From the NCBI GenBank assembly GCA_965224025.1, contig OZ245033.1:2464001-2528000 (forward strand): a DNA stretch of 64,000 nucleotides. The letters are read 5' to 3'. This stretch comes from Candidatus Multivorans sp. GTDB lineage: Bacteria > Acidobacteriota > Thermoanaerobaculia > Multivoradales > Multivoraceae. This document shows positions 53,020 to 61,243 of the stretch, one piece after another (within the stretch, counting starts at the first letter, position 1; every line of letters starts with the position of its first letter). Made by a program: the position numbers and the translations under genes. The notes beneath the pieces are model-generated. The model searched no databases, had not been told where the DNA came from, and saw only the letters and a list, made by a program, of their open reading frames with translations.

Positions 53020-54216
53020 ATGACTGGTCCGCTCGACGGTTTCCGGGTGATCGAACTGGCGACCATGGTGTCGGCGCCGATCGCCACCATGCTGCTGGCG
53101 GATCAGGGCGCCGAGGTGATCAAGGTCGAGGCGCCGCCGCACGGCGACATCATGCGTCGCCTCGGACCGCAGCGAGGGGGAGTCACGGCCGGGTTCGCGA
53201 CGATCAACCGCGGCAAACGGTCCCTGGTGCTCGACCTGAAGCATGAGCGCGGCATCGGCATCCTCCACGACCTGCTGCGAACGGCCGACGTCTTCGTGCA
53301 GAACTTCCGGCCCGGGGTGGTCGACCGGCTCGGGCTCGGCGCCGAGCGGCTGCGCGAGATCAACTCGAGGCTGGTCTACGTGTCGATCAGCGGTTTCGGA
53401 CAGGACGGTCCGTACGCCCAGAAGCGGGTCTACGACCCGATCATCCAGGCCCTGTCCGGCTTCGCCGACATCCAGGCCGACCGGGTCACGGGCGAGCCGA
53501 AGATGGTGCGCACGATCATCCCCGACAAGGTCACCGGGCTCACCGCGGCCCAGGCGATCACGGCGGCGCTGCTTGCGCGCGAGCGCGCCGGCGAGGGCCA
53601 GCACCTCGGCCAACACCTCGAGATTGCCATGCTCGACGCGACGATCTCCTTCGTCTGGCCCGAAGGCTTCGTGCGCCAGATCCTGGTCGGCGGCGAAGTG
53701 GCGCACGGACGCCCGGGATCGACCAGCGACCTGATCTACCGGACCGCGGACGGCTACATCACCGCGTCGACGATCTCGGACGCCGAGTGGGAGGGCATGG
53801 CGCGCGCCACCGGACACCTCGAATGGCTGGAGGACGAGCGCTACAACACGGCCGCGGGCAGAATCTCGAACGCCGACCAGCGACTCGGGATGGTTGGCGA
53901 CGTGCTGCGCCAACGCACGTCCGCGGAATGGATCGAGGCCTTGGAGGCGGAGGATGTCCCCTGCGCCCCGATCCTGACCCGCAACCAGGTCCTGACCGAC
54001 CCGCAGGTGGTCCGCAACGAACTGCTGCGGGAACTCGACCATCCCCAGGTCGGCCGCATGCGCCTGCCGCGCGCGGCGGCGAAGTTCTCGGGCACGCCGC
54101 CGGAGCCGGCGGCGGCATCGCCCGTCCTCGGCGAGGGAGCCGACGACCTGCTGGGCGGCCTTGGGCTGAGCGAGGCCGAGCTCAAGGCGCTGCGGCGCGA
54201 GAAGATCGTCGGCTAA
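53020..54216 (+). CDS. Family III CoA transferase (CaiB/BaiF)
   Basis: GAEVIKVE, NRGKRSLVLDLK, NFRPGV, SISGFGQDGP and YDPIIQA. Confidence 0.95.
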   Translation: MTGPLDGFRVIELATMVSAPIATMLLADQGAEVIKVEAPPHGDIMRRLGPQRGGVTAGFATINRGKRSLVLDLKHERGIGILHDLLRTADVFVQNFRPGVVDRLGLGAERLREINSRLVYVSISGFGQDGPYAQKRVYDPIIQALSGFADIQADRVTGEPKMVRTIIPDKVTGLTAAQAITAALLARERAGEGQHLGQHLEIAMLDATISFVWPEGFVRQILVGGEVAHGRPGSTSDLIYRTADGYITASTISDAEWEGMARATGHLEWLEDERYNTAAGRISNADQRLGMVGDVLRQRTSAEWIEALEAEDVPCAPILTRNQVLTDPQVVRNELLRELDHPQVGRMRLPRAAAKFSGTPPEPAAASPVLGEGADDLLGGLGLSEAELKALRREKIVG

Positions 54217-54253
54217 GCGTCGGCGTCGGCGTCGGTGGCACCCGCCCGCTGTC

Positions 54254-54416
54254 GGGGCTCCGGGGGGAGGTCTCCCAGGTGCCGTTCGCGCTTTGTCGGA
54301 TTGCGAAGGGGGGTGCGCTCGCTGCACTCCGCTCGCTTCGATCAGGCGTCGCTTTCCCTGATGTCGTCGGCCGTCGCTCGCTTCGAGCCACCTGGGAAAC
54401 CTCCCCCCGGAGCCCC
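54254..54416. repeat. Long inverted-repeat (MITE-like) element
   Basis: 28-bp arms ggggctccggggggaggtctcccaggtg and cacctgggaaacctccccccggagcccc (1 mismatch) around a 107-bp spacer that contains cgctcgcttcg twice. Confidence 0.75.
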
Positions 54417-54536
54417 TGGCGCGGGCTGGACGGCGGTGCCCCGAATGAGGCCGAGCACCGACGTGTCTACTGGGTGCGCCGGCCCTCTGGCCGGCATCCG
54501 CCGCAGCGACGTCGCGTGGACGCTAGGAGTACGGCT

Positions 54537-55424
54537 TCAGAGAGTCGCGTGGCCTGCGACCAAGGCGGCCCAGATCAATGGCAGCACGATCAGGGAACCT
54601 AGAAAGAGTGTTCGGGCGCGTGGGTCGCTGCGCTTGCTTGCGAAGAGAATGGCGAGTACAACGAAGGCCGCGCTGAAGCCGGCGGCTGTAGCGGCGAAGG
54701 CCGCCGAAGTCAGACCGACGACGGTGGCAAGCAGGCACACACCGACCAGTACGAGGGCCCAGAGGAGGGAGTGCACCGCGGTGCGGCGCCCGTCCGGATC
54801 GACGGCCGCCAGGACCCTGAAACCGGCGCGGGCATAGTCGTCGCGGTAGAGCCAGGCCAGGGAATGGAAGTGGGGTAGTTGCCAGGCGAAGACGATGGCG
54901 AACAGCAGCCAGGCTTCCACGGTCAGGGCGCCGCGGGCGGCGGCCCATCCGATCACCGGGGGCAGCGCGCCCGGTACGGCGCCGACCAGGACTGCCCAGG
55001 TGGAGCGCCGCTTCATCGGGGTGTAGATCCAGGCGTAGCTGACCAGGGTCGCCAGCGCGACGCTCGTTGCGACCAGGTTGACTCCGAACGCAAGTAGGAT
55101 CAGACCCGCCACGCTCAGGATCGTGGCGAAGAGTCGGCCTCCCGCCGGCGAGATACCGCCGACGGGCAGTGGGCGCGAGCGGGTACGCACCATCAGCGCG
55201 TCCAGATCGCGTTCCGCGACCTGGTTGAAGGCGGCGCCGCCGCCAGCCACGAGCGCGGAGCCCGCGAGGACAAAGAGCAACACGACCAGGTCGAGTTCGG
55301 GCGCTCCGAGGTAGTAGCCGATGCCGACGGTGGCGACGGCCAGCGCATTGAGCCTTGGCTTGGCCAGCGCGAGCAATACCGAGGCGCGCCCCGGATGCGC
55401 AGCCGCGGCGGCCAGGAGCGTCAC
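54537..55424 (-). CDS. ctaB: Protoheme IX farnesyltransferase (heme O synthase)
   Basis: KPRL, ERDLDALMVRTRSRPLP, YTPMKR, GAVPGALPP and WQLPHF..DDYARAG. Confidence 0.93.
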   Translation of the reverse strand: MTLLAAAAAHPGRASVLLALAKPRLNALAVATVGIGYYLGAPELDLVVLLFVLAGSALVAGGGAAFNQVAERDLDALMVRTRSRPLPVGGISPAGGRLFATILSVAGLILLAFGVNLVATSVALATLVSYAWIYTPMKRRSTWAVLVGAVPGALPPVIGWAAARGALTVEAWLLFAIVFAWQLPHFHSLAWLYRDDYARAGFRVLAAVDPDGRRTAVHSLLWALVLVGVCLLATVVGLTSAAFAATAAGFSAAFVVLAILFASKRSDPRARTLFLGSLIVLPLIWAALVAGHATL

Positions 55425-56398
55425 GCCCTTGCCTGCCGCGGCGCGCCGGCGGCGTTGGCCACCAAGTCCGCGGCCGGGATGGACTGCTCGTCGCCGAACC
55501 AGGCCCGGTGGACGCGAAGCGCCAGGGTCGCTGAAACGACCCACACCAGAGCGCCGGTGGCGACATGGGCCGTGTTGATGTGGGGCTGCAGACCGCTCCA
55601 GACGGTCCATGCGCCCAGGCCGATCTGAACCAGTAGCACAGCGCCAAGAAGCATCGCGGGATGGACGAGTTCAGACCGGTGGCGGTGCTGGCCGAAGACC
55701 CGGACGATCAGAGCGATGGCGGCTATGGTCACGGCCACCGCGCCCAGTCGATGCGCGAAGTGGAGACCGATGCCGAGGCTCCACACGGGCGGCGGGAGCC
55801 GTCCGAAGGCGAGCGGGAAGTCCGGAATCGCCAGTCCCGCATCGTTGTGGCGCATGGTCGCGCCGAGCAGGATCTGACCGTAGACGCAGGCTGGGACGAT
55901 CACGGCGAGGCGGCCCAGAACCTGATCGTGCAGCGGCTGGGCGCGCCCGTAGCGAGTTCGCCACCCCGGCGACGTAAACACACCCAGGCTGACCACCAGG
56001 GCGAAGAAGAGTTGAGCCAGTCCCGCGTGGCTGATCGAGACCGGCTTCGGCAGCAGGTAGATCACGGTGATGCCGCCGAGCAGACCCTGCGCCACGACTG
56101 CAGCCAGCGCGCCCCAGGCCAGACGCCGCACCCAGGCGCGTCTCTCGACGCGCGCGGTCCAGACCGCCAGACCGATCGTCAGCAGTCCGACCACGCTCGC
56201 GATCAGCCGGTGACCGTGCTCGTAGACGATGCCGCCGACCATCTTCGAGAACGGGAAGGAGAACATGAAGTAGCCGTACGTGTTCGGCCAGTCGGGGACC
56301 GCGAGCCCCGAGTCCGTGCTGGTGACCAGACCGCCCGCCGCGATCAGCAGCAGGGATGCCGCGGCCAGCAGCCGGAGGTAGTAGTGCAGCCAGCGCAC
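55421..56398 (-). CDS. ctaA: Heme A synthase (COX15/CtaA)
   Basis: SGLAVPDWP, EHGHR, QGLLGG and HFAHR. Confidence 0.9.
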   Translation of the reverse strand: MRWLHYYLRLLAAASLLLIAAGGLVTSTDSGLAVPDWPNTYGYFMFSFPFSKMVGGIVYEHGHRLIASVVGLLTIGLAVWTARVERRAWVRRLAWGALAAVVAQGLLGGITVIYLLPKPVSISHAGLAQLFFALVVSLGVFTSPGWRTRYGRAQPLHDQVLGRLAVIVPACVYGQILLGATMRHNDAGLAIPDFPLAFGRLPPPVWSLGIGLHFAHRLGAVAVTIAAIALIVRVFGQHRHRSELVHPAMLLGAVLLVQIGLGAWTVWSGLQPHINTAHVATGALVWVVSATLALRVHRAWFGDEQSIPAADLVANAAGAPRQARA

Positions 56399-56467
56399 GA
56401 CCGGTGGACTCTACATTCGAGACCGTGGCGCCCGCCAGTCCGTCCATGGCTGCGCTGCTTTGCGGCT

Positions 56468-56917
56468 CTAGTCCCGGGACTCTGGCTTGAGCAGGAGGAT
56501 TCGGTTGTCGCTGGCGCCTGGTACGGCCGCGATCGGTATCGAGTCGTCGAAGGTGGCCAGTACGCCGTCGTTGTGCACCGCCAAGGCCAGCAGGTAGACG
56601 TCCGTGATCTGGCGGTACCCGCGAATCGACCCGGCGGTGAGGTGCTCGCGTTCACGCAGCGATAGCGAGTCAGGCCAGAAGACGTGATCGCCGGTCTGGC
56701 AGAAGACTCTCAGGCGCTCAGACGCGTCCGCCACGGTCGTTCGGCGTCCCGGATAGTTCGGGTTCGCCACGATCCGGACGAAGCCGTTCTCGGTCAGCGG
56801 GCAGGTTGACCAAGAGCCACGTGCGCGACGTCCGAACCATGCATGGGCCGTTTCGTAGTGGATGTGATCCGGGTCGAAGAGCGCGATCAGGACGTTGACA
56901 TCGAGCAGCGTGGTCAA
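56468..56917 (-). CDS. vapC: VapC-family PIN toxin
   Basis: LLDVNVLIAL, TCPLTENGFVR and QITDVYLLALA...LATFD. Confidence 0.9.
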   Translation of the reverse strand: MTTLLDVNVLIALFDPDHIHYETAHAWFGRRARGSWSTCPLTENGFVRIVANPNYPGRRTTVADASERLRVFCQTGDHVFWPDSLSLREREHLTAGSIRGYRQITDVYLLALAVHNDGVLATFDDSIPIAAVPGASDNRILLLKPESRD

Positions 56918-57144
56918 GTCTCGTCGTCTCGAAGGGCATTGACTGCGGCGAGGGAGACCGGCCGGGCACCGTCACGTGGCGGCAGGAGGGGAACGCCGTT
57001 TCGCTTCTTGAGTCGGTCGTCCGGGGGCGCCAGCGCCTTCCTGGCCAGGTCCGAGACGACTTGACCCACAGGCACACTGCGCTGCGCTGCGAGTTCCTTG
57101 GCGGCCCAGAGGACATCTTCGTCGAGGTTCAGAGTGGTGCGCAT
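56914..57144 (-). CDS. vapB: VapB/CopG-type antitoxin
   Basis: MRTTLNLDEDVL.AAKELA..G.VVSDLAR..RNGVPLLP; overlaps the vapC start. Confidence 0.85.
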   Translation of the reverse strand: MRTTLNLDEDVLWAAKELAAQRSVPVGQVVSDLARKALAPPDDRLKKRNGVPLLPPRDGARPVSLAAVNALRDDET

Positions 57145-57188
57145 GGCGGTAGCATCACGCATCACGCATCTGATGTCAACGGGACGGT

Positions 57189-57410
57189 CTATGTCGCCGT
57201 CCCGGACTCCGCTCGGATCGCCGGGCCGTGCCGGTCGAGTTCGGGCCGTTCCAGCACCTCTTTGCACAGCCGCACGAATTCGCGGTCGTTCTGGACTCCG
57301 ATCAGGACGGAATCGCCGTCGCCGAGCTGGAACAGCCCGTAGGGCACGATCGTCGGGTGGCCGAGGCCGACCCGTGGCCAGTCGAGGCCCTGATGTTCGA
57401 AGCGCAAGAC
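57189..57410 (-). pseudogene. Internal fragment of a CaiB/BaiF CoA transferase
   Basis: RVGLGHPTIVPYGLF...VLIGVQNDREFVRLCKEVLERPEL; N- and C-terminal parts are absent. Confidence 0.75.
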
Positions 57411-57411
57411 G

Positions 57412-58092
57412 TCATCGCCAAGCGAAGACCGGCTGCTCGTAGTGAGCGACGCGGACGTCGTTGCCGCGCAGGACAACCTCGAGCATCTGGTAGACGATCG
57501 CCGCGGTCGGCGCATGGACGAGGCCGCCGCGGATCGGCATCGAGAGCACGGGATTCTCGCTCTCGGGAATCTCCCGCAGCACCGGCACGTCGGGCCGGTC
57601 AAGGTCGATCAGCGGGATGCGGTAGGCGCGGTAGACCTCGTCGGGGTTCGGCTGCAGTTCGCGGTAGTCGTCGCACCAGAACACGATCGGCGTGATGACG
57701 AAGCCGGAGCGGGTACCGAAGTCGTCGAGCCGGCCCAGGACGGTGCCGGGTTCGAGGTCCAGGCCGACCTCTTCGTGGAGTTCGCGCAGGGCCGCTTGCT
57801 CGGGGGTCTCCGCCTCGTCGATGCGGCCGCCTGGAAGTGCCCACTGACCGCGATGGCGGCGGAGCCTCAGGGAGCGCCGGGTGAGCAGGAAGCAGCCACG
57901 CCCGCCCTTGTCCGGCAGCAGGGTGATCGCTACCGCGGCATGGGCGTTGGCCGGCACGGCGCCGGTGTGCCCCGAGGCTTCCGCGGCCCGCGCCGCAGCC
58001 GCTTCAGGATCGAGCTTCCGCCGCTCGAAGCGCTCCAGGTTCCGCTCAGCGTGGGCGTGGAGTTCCGGGCCGTGCCGCGCGGGGAAGCTCAC
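57412..58092 (-). CDS. Nudix CoA pyrophosphatase
   Basis: LTRRS..LRRHRGQWALPGG...ALRELHEEVG and NPDEV. Confidence 0.9.
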   Translation of the reverse strand: MSFPARHGPELHAHAERNLERFERRKLDPEAAAARAAEASGHTGAVPANAHAAVAITLLPDKGGRGCFLLTRRSLRLRRHRGQWALPGGRIDEAETPEQAALRELHEEVGLDLEPGTVLGRLDDFGTRSGFVITPIVFWCDDYRELQPNPDEVYRAYRIPLIDLDRPDVPVLREIPESENPVLSMPIRGGLVHAPTAAIVYQMLEVVLRGNDVRVAHYEQPVFAWR

Positions 58093-58114
58093 GTAGTGGC
58101 GGGTGCCGGACCGG

Positions 58115-59161
58115 TCAAGGCGCCTCCTCGCGGATCAGCTCGACGACCCGCCCGAGGGTATCGAGTCGTTCGGTCACCGTGGCGCCGGCCGGGCTGAGAC
58201 GCAACGTCGTCACGCCGGCGTCCCGATGGGCGCGGATGCGGCTGCGGATCCGGGCCTCGTCGCCGATCAGGGTGTTGCCGAGCACCATCTCGTCGGGAAC
58301 GCGCGCCGCGGCTTCCTCCCGCTTGCGGGCGATCCACAGCGCCTGCACTTCGCGGGCCGCCTCGACGAAACCGGCGCGGCGGTAGGCGTCGTTGTAGAAG
58401 TTGGTCCGCGCCGAGCCCATCGCGCCCAGGGTGAAGGCCATGGCCGGCTTGCGGCGGGCCGCCATCCGCTCCAGGTCGTCGCCGAACTCGACTTCGCCGC
58501 CGACCTGGATGTCGATGTCGTCGAGGCTGCGACCGGCGCGCTCGGCCCCCGTGCGCATTGAGGGAAAGAACGCCTCCGCGTGTTCCGGGATGAACGAGGT
58601 GCCGAGCCAGCCGTCGGCCACCTCGCCGGTGAACTCGAGCGACTTCGGTCCGAGCGTCGCCAGGTAGATCGGCGGTTGCGGCCGTGGAGGCTGCGACATG
58701 CGGATCGCCTTGCCCTCGCCACCCGGCCTCGGCAGGGTGTAGTGCTGGCCGTCGTAGGCGATCTTCTCGCCGGAGAGAGCGATCTTCAGGATGTCGATGT
58801 ACTCCCGGAGACGGCCCAGGGGCTTCGCGAAGGCGGTGCCGTGCAATCCCTCGACCACCTGGGGGCCGCTGACGCCGAGGCCGAGGACGAACCGGTCCTT
58901 CGACATCGAGGCCAGGGACATCGCGGTCATCGCCGTCATCGACGGCGCCCGCGCCGAGATCTGCATGATGCCGGTGCCGAGCCGGATGCGCTCCGTGCGC
59001 GCGGCGAGGTAGGCGAGAGGGGTCACCGCGTCGGTGCCCCAGGCCTCGGCCGACCAGACATCGTCCACGCCGAGGCGATCCGCCTCGACGACGTACTCGG
59101 TGAGCGCCTCCCAGTCCGTTCCCGAGGCATAGGCGCTCCCTATGCCGATCGCGGTCCGCAT
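58115..59161 (-). CDS. LLM-class (possibly F420-dependent) oxidoreductase
   Basis: WSAEAWGTDA, LGTGIMQISARAP, LGLGVSGPQVVEGLHG and GEVADGW. Confidence 0.92.
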   Translation of the reverse strand: MRTAIGIGSAYASGTDWEALTEYVVEADRLGVDDVWSAEAWGTDAVTPLAYLAARTERIRLGTGIMQISARAPSMTAMTAMSLASMSKDRFVLGLGVSGPQVVEGLHGTAFAKPLGRLREYIDILKIALSGEKIAYDGQHYTLPRPGGEGKAIRMSQPPRPQPPIYLATLGPKSLEFTGEVADGWLGTSFIPEHAEAFFPSMRTGAERAGRSLDDIDIQVGGEVEFGDDLERMAARRKPAMAFTLGAMGSARTNFYNDAYRRAGFVEAAREVQALWIARKREEAAARVPDEMVLGNTLIGDEARIRSRIRAHRDAGVTTLRLSPAGATVTERLDTLGRVVELIREEAP

Positions 59162-59189
59162 CGATTCTTCCTCCTTGGTTCAGGCAGCT

Positions 59190-59771
59190 CTACTGAACGG
59201 CCGTGGCGCGGACGTAGATCAGTTTGCGGATGTCCGGACGGGGGTCTTGAGTGCGGGTGTGCAGCATCACCTCCAGTTCGCTTCCGTCCTTCGACAGTTG
59301 CCAGGTTTCGGTGATGTCGAAGTCGCCGAACGGTGTGACTCTCGTGTAGGAGACGGAGAGCTTGTTCTTGCGCCACTTCACGCGGGCGGTGCGCGTACCG
59401 CCCTGGAAATCGGGCATCTCTGCGGGCTTGCCGTCGGTGGTGAGGTTCTGGGTGAACTGGACTGGCGCCGGGAGGTTTCCGCCCCGCATGGTGTAGTTCA
59501 TGATCAGGTCTTCCCCGGTCAGGGCGATGTCGAGTTCGAGGTCGAGCGTGTTCGGCCGTTCGCGGCCGGCGCGGCTCGGGGCCAGGGAGTCGCTGCGCTC
59601 GTTGTCGAGTTGCCAGATTCCGGCGAAGCCCTCGTTGGCGGCGGCCAGCGGCGCGGCGCCGAGCGAGGCGACGGTGAGGGCCACGGCCACGACGGAGGCT
59701 GCCAACCTTGTCGCTGTGAAGGAGCGGGGAGGGTGGCGAGGGCTGGTACGAGTGGGGACCGTCTTGTTCAT
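59190..59771 (-). CDS. Secreted hypothetical protein (lipocalin-like F.G.W.LD..RS motif)
   Basis: Signal peptide; FAGIWQLDNERSD; ETWQLSKDG; AGGAG RBS. Confidence 0.75.
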   Translation of the reverse strand: MNKTVPTRTSPRHPPRSFTATRLAASVVAVALTVASLGAAPLAAANEGFAGIWQLDNERSDSLAPSRAGRERPNTLDLELDIALTGEDLIMNYTMRGGNLPAPVQFTQNLTTDGKPAEMPDFQGGTRTARVKWRKNKLSVSYTRVTPFGDFDITETWQLSKDGSELEVMLHTRTQDPRPDIRKLIYVRATAVQ

Positions 59772-59824
59772 GGATGTCTCCTGACGGCAGGTACCGACGA
59801 TGCCGGTTGCTGTCCGCGGCGTTG

Positions 59825-59972
59825 GGCTGACCTCGATCTCGATGTCGGCCGCGTTCGGTTACGGCCGGTCATGGCGACCCGGCCAGGGAGCATCGCTGCG
59901 TGCGGTGTCCTTCCGCCAGATGCCGACCATGCGTCGAGAGTGGATCGCTCGGCTGGGGGCGGTCTGGTTCAT
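59825..59972 (-). pseudogene. Degenerate N-terminal copy of the 59190-59771 gene
   Basis: MNQTAPSR..VGIWRKDTARSD...RP*PNAADIEIEV versus MNKTVPTR..AGIWQLDNERSD...RPNTLDLELDI. Confidence 0.55.
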
Positions 59973-60039
59973 GGGCATCTCCTTGCGGTCGGCGTTGTCC
60001 ACATCGGCGATGACGGTAAGATCCCGCCATCCTAGCGCG

Positions 60040-60630
60040 CTTGCGCAGCAGCGCGGCCACCCGGTGGTTGATGTACTCGGAGCCGTTGTCGGCGTGGAGC
60101 CCCGGATGGTGAAGGGGAAACCTCGATCGATCCTTCCAGGGCCGGAACCAGAAACGCTCCGAAATGCCTTCTACAGCGGCCACGAACTCGTACTGCGTGA
60201 CCTCGTCCACGAGATTGATTTCGTACAGACCCTTCTCCCCGTCCAGGTCGCCCTGATGGACCGAATCCACTCGCAGAAACTCCGGCCGACCGGCGGGATG
60301 AGGCTTGCGGCGCTCTCCGATCTGTACCTGCGTCGACCGCGTCCTGACCACCACAAGGCGGCGCCGCCGGTACGTCGTCGACTCGCGAAGCCGGTACAGA
60401 TGGCTGTTCGAGAGCCCCGCCAGGCGCTCGAACCGCACATCCCCGAACACCGCGTACTGGCGCTGCATCATGCGCCGGGTCACCGCGCCGCACAGACCGC
60501 CAAGGGTCTCGGCCACCGCGGCCAGCAGGCCGATGTCCGCCTTCGTGTAGCGCCGGGGAAACGGACGCTTCGGACCCCGGCGCCGGTCCTCGATGCGCCC
60601 CGTCTCCCGGTACTGGAAGATCAACCGCGC
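60040..60630 (-). mobile_element. Internal fragment of an rve/DDE integrase-type transposase (ISNCY/IS481-like)
   Basis: IGERRKP..GRP.FLRVDSVHQGD, INLVDEVTQ and HADNGSEYINH; truncated and frameshifted. Confidence 0.8.
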
Positions 60631-60755
60631 CCCGGACGATTCGACTCTCAGGGCCAAAGTACTGCCAACTTGGCCATACCCCACACCTCAGCCCTGACTT
60701 CACGGTGACTTTGGAATGGTTCTGATGGGACAAGTGGATGGGACAAGGCTCGGCC

Positions 60756-60785
60756 TTGACAAGCCCACGTCCGAGCCTGTAGCTT
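60756..60785 (+). promoter_or_regulatory. Candidate sigma70 promoter
   Basis: TTGACA, 18-nt spacer, TAGCTT, upstream of the ATG at 60833 in an AT-richer stretch. Confidence 0.35.
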
Positions 60786-60832
60786 CATCTTCTGTATAGT
60801 AACAAACGATAGTCTTGGAAGAGGATCTATCT

Positions 60833-61234
60833 ATGATTGCGAACCGACACCGAAGAGCGAACAATGAGTCAAGCTCCCTGAACTTGGTCCCCGCTTTGCT
60901 GCTTGTTCGGTCGTCGGGGATGCGGGGGTTCGCACGTGATGGGTTCTTGCGAGGAGCGTCCAGAGGAGGGCTCCAGTGGAGTTGACTCCTGCCAGACGGG
61001 CCTCTACCACTACACTCAGTCGGGTTGCACAGAGGGTGACCTTGGATGCGATATCGGTCGCGCTTGGACGACAACGGGCGTAGACGGTTGGTACTACGCC
61101 TCCGCCATGTGCGGCAACGGCAAGCTCTTGGAGTGCAGCGGAGACGGATATGCGTATGCGTGGTTCGACGGAGACAAAGCCGGCGTTCGCCGCCGAAGAG
61201 GGGCTTTGACCACGGCGACGACCGCTGCTACTAG
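60833..61234 (+). pseudogene. Small Cys-rich, probably secreted peptide gene (frameshifted)
   Basis: GAGGA RBS + ATG, hydrophobic LVPALLLV, then in another frame SC..DSC..GC..GC..ASAMCGNGKLLECSG, ending DDRCY* in the frame of the initial ATG. Confidence 0.45.
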
Positions 61235-61243
61235 AGGTGGGGG

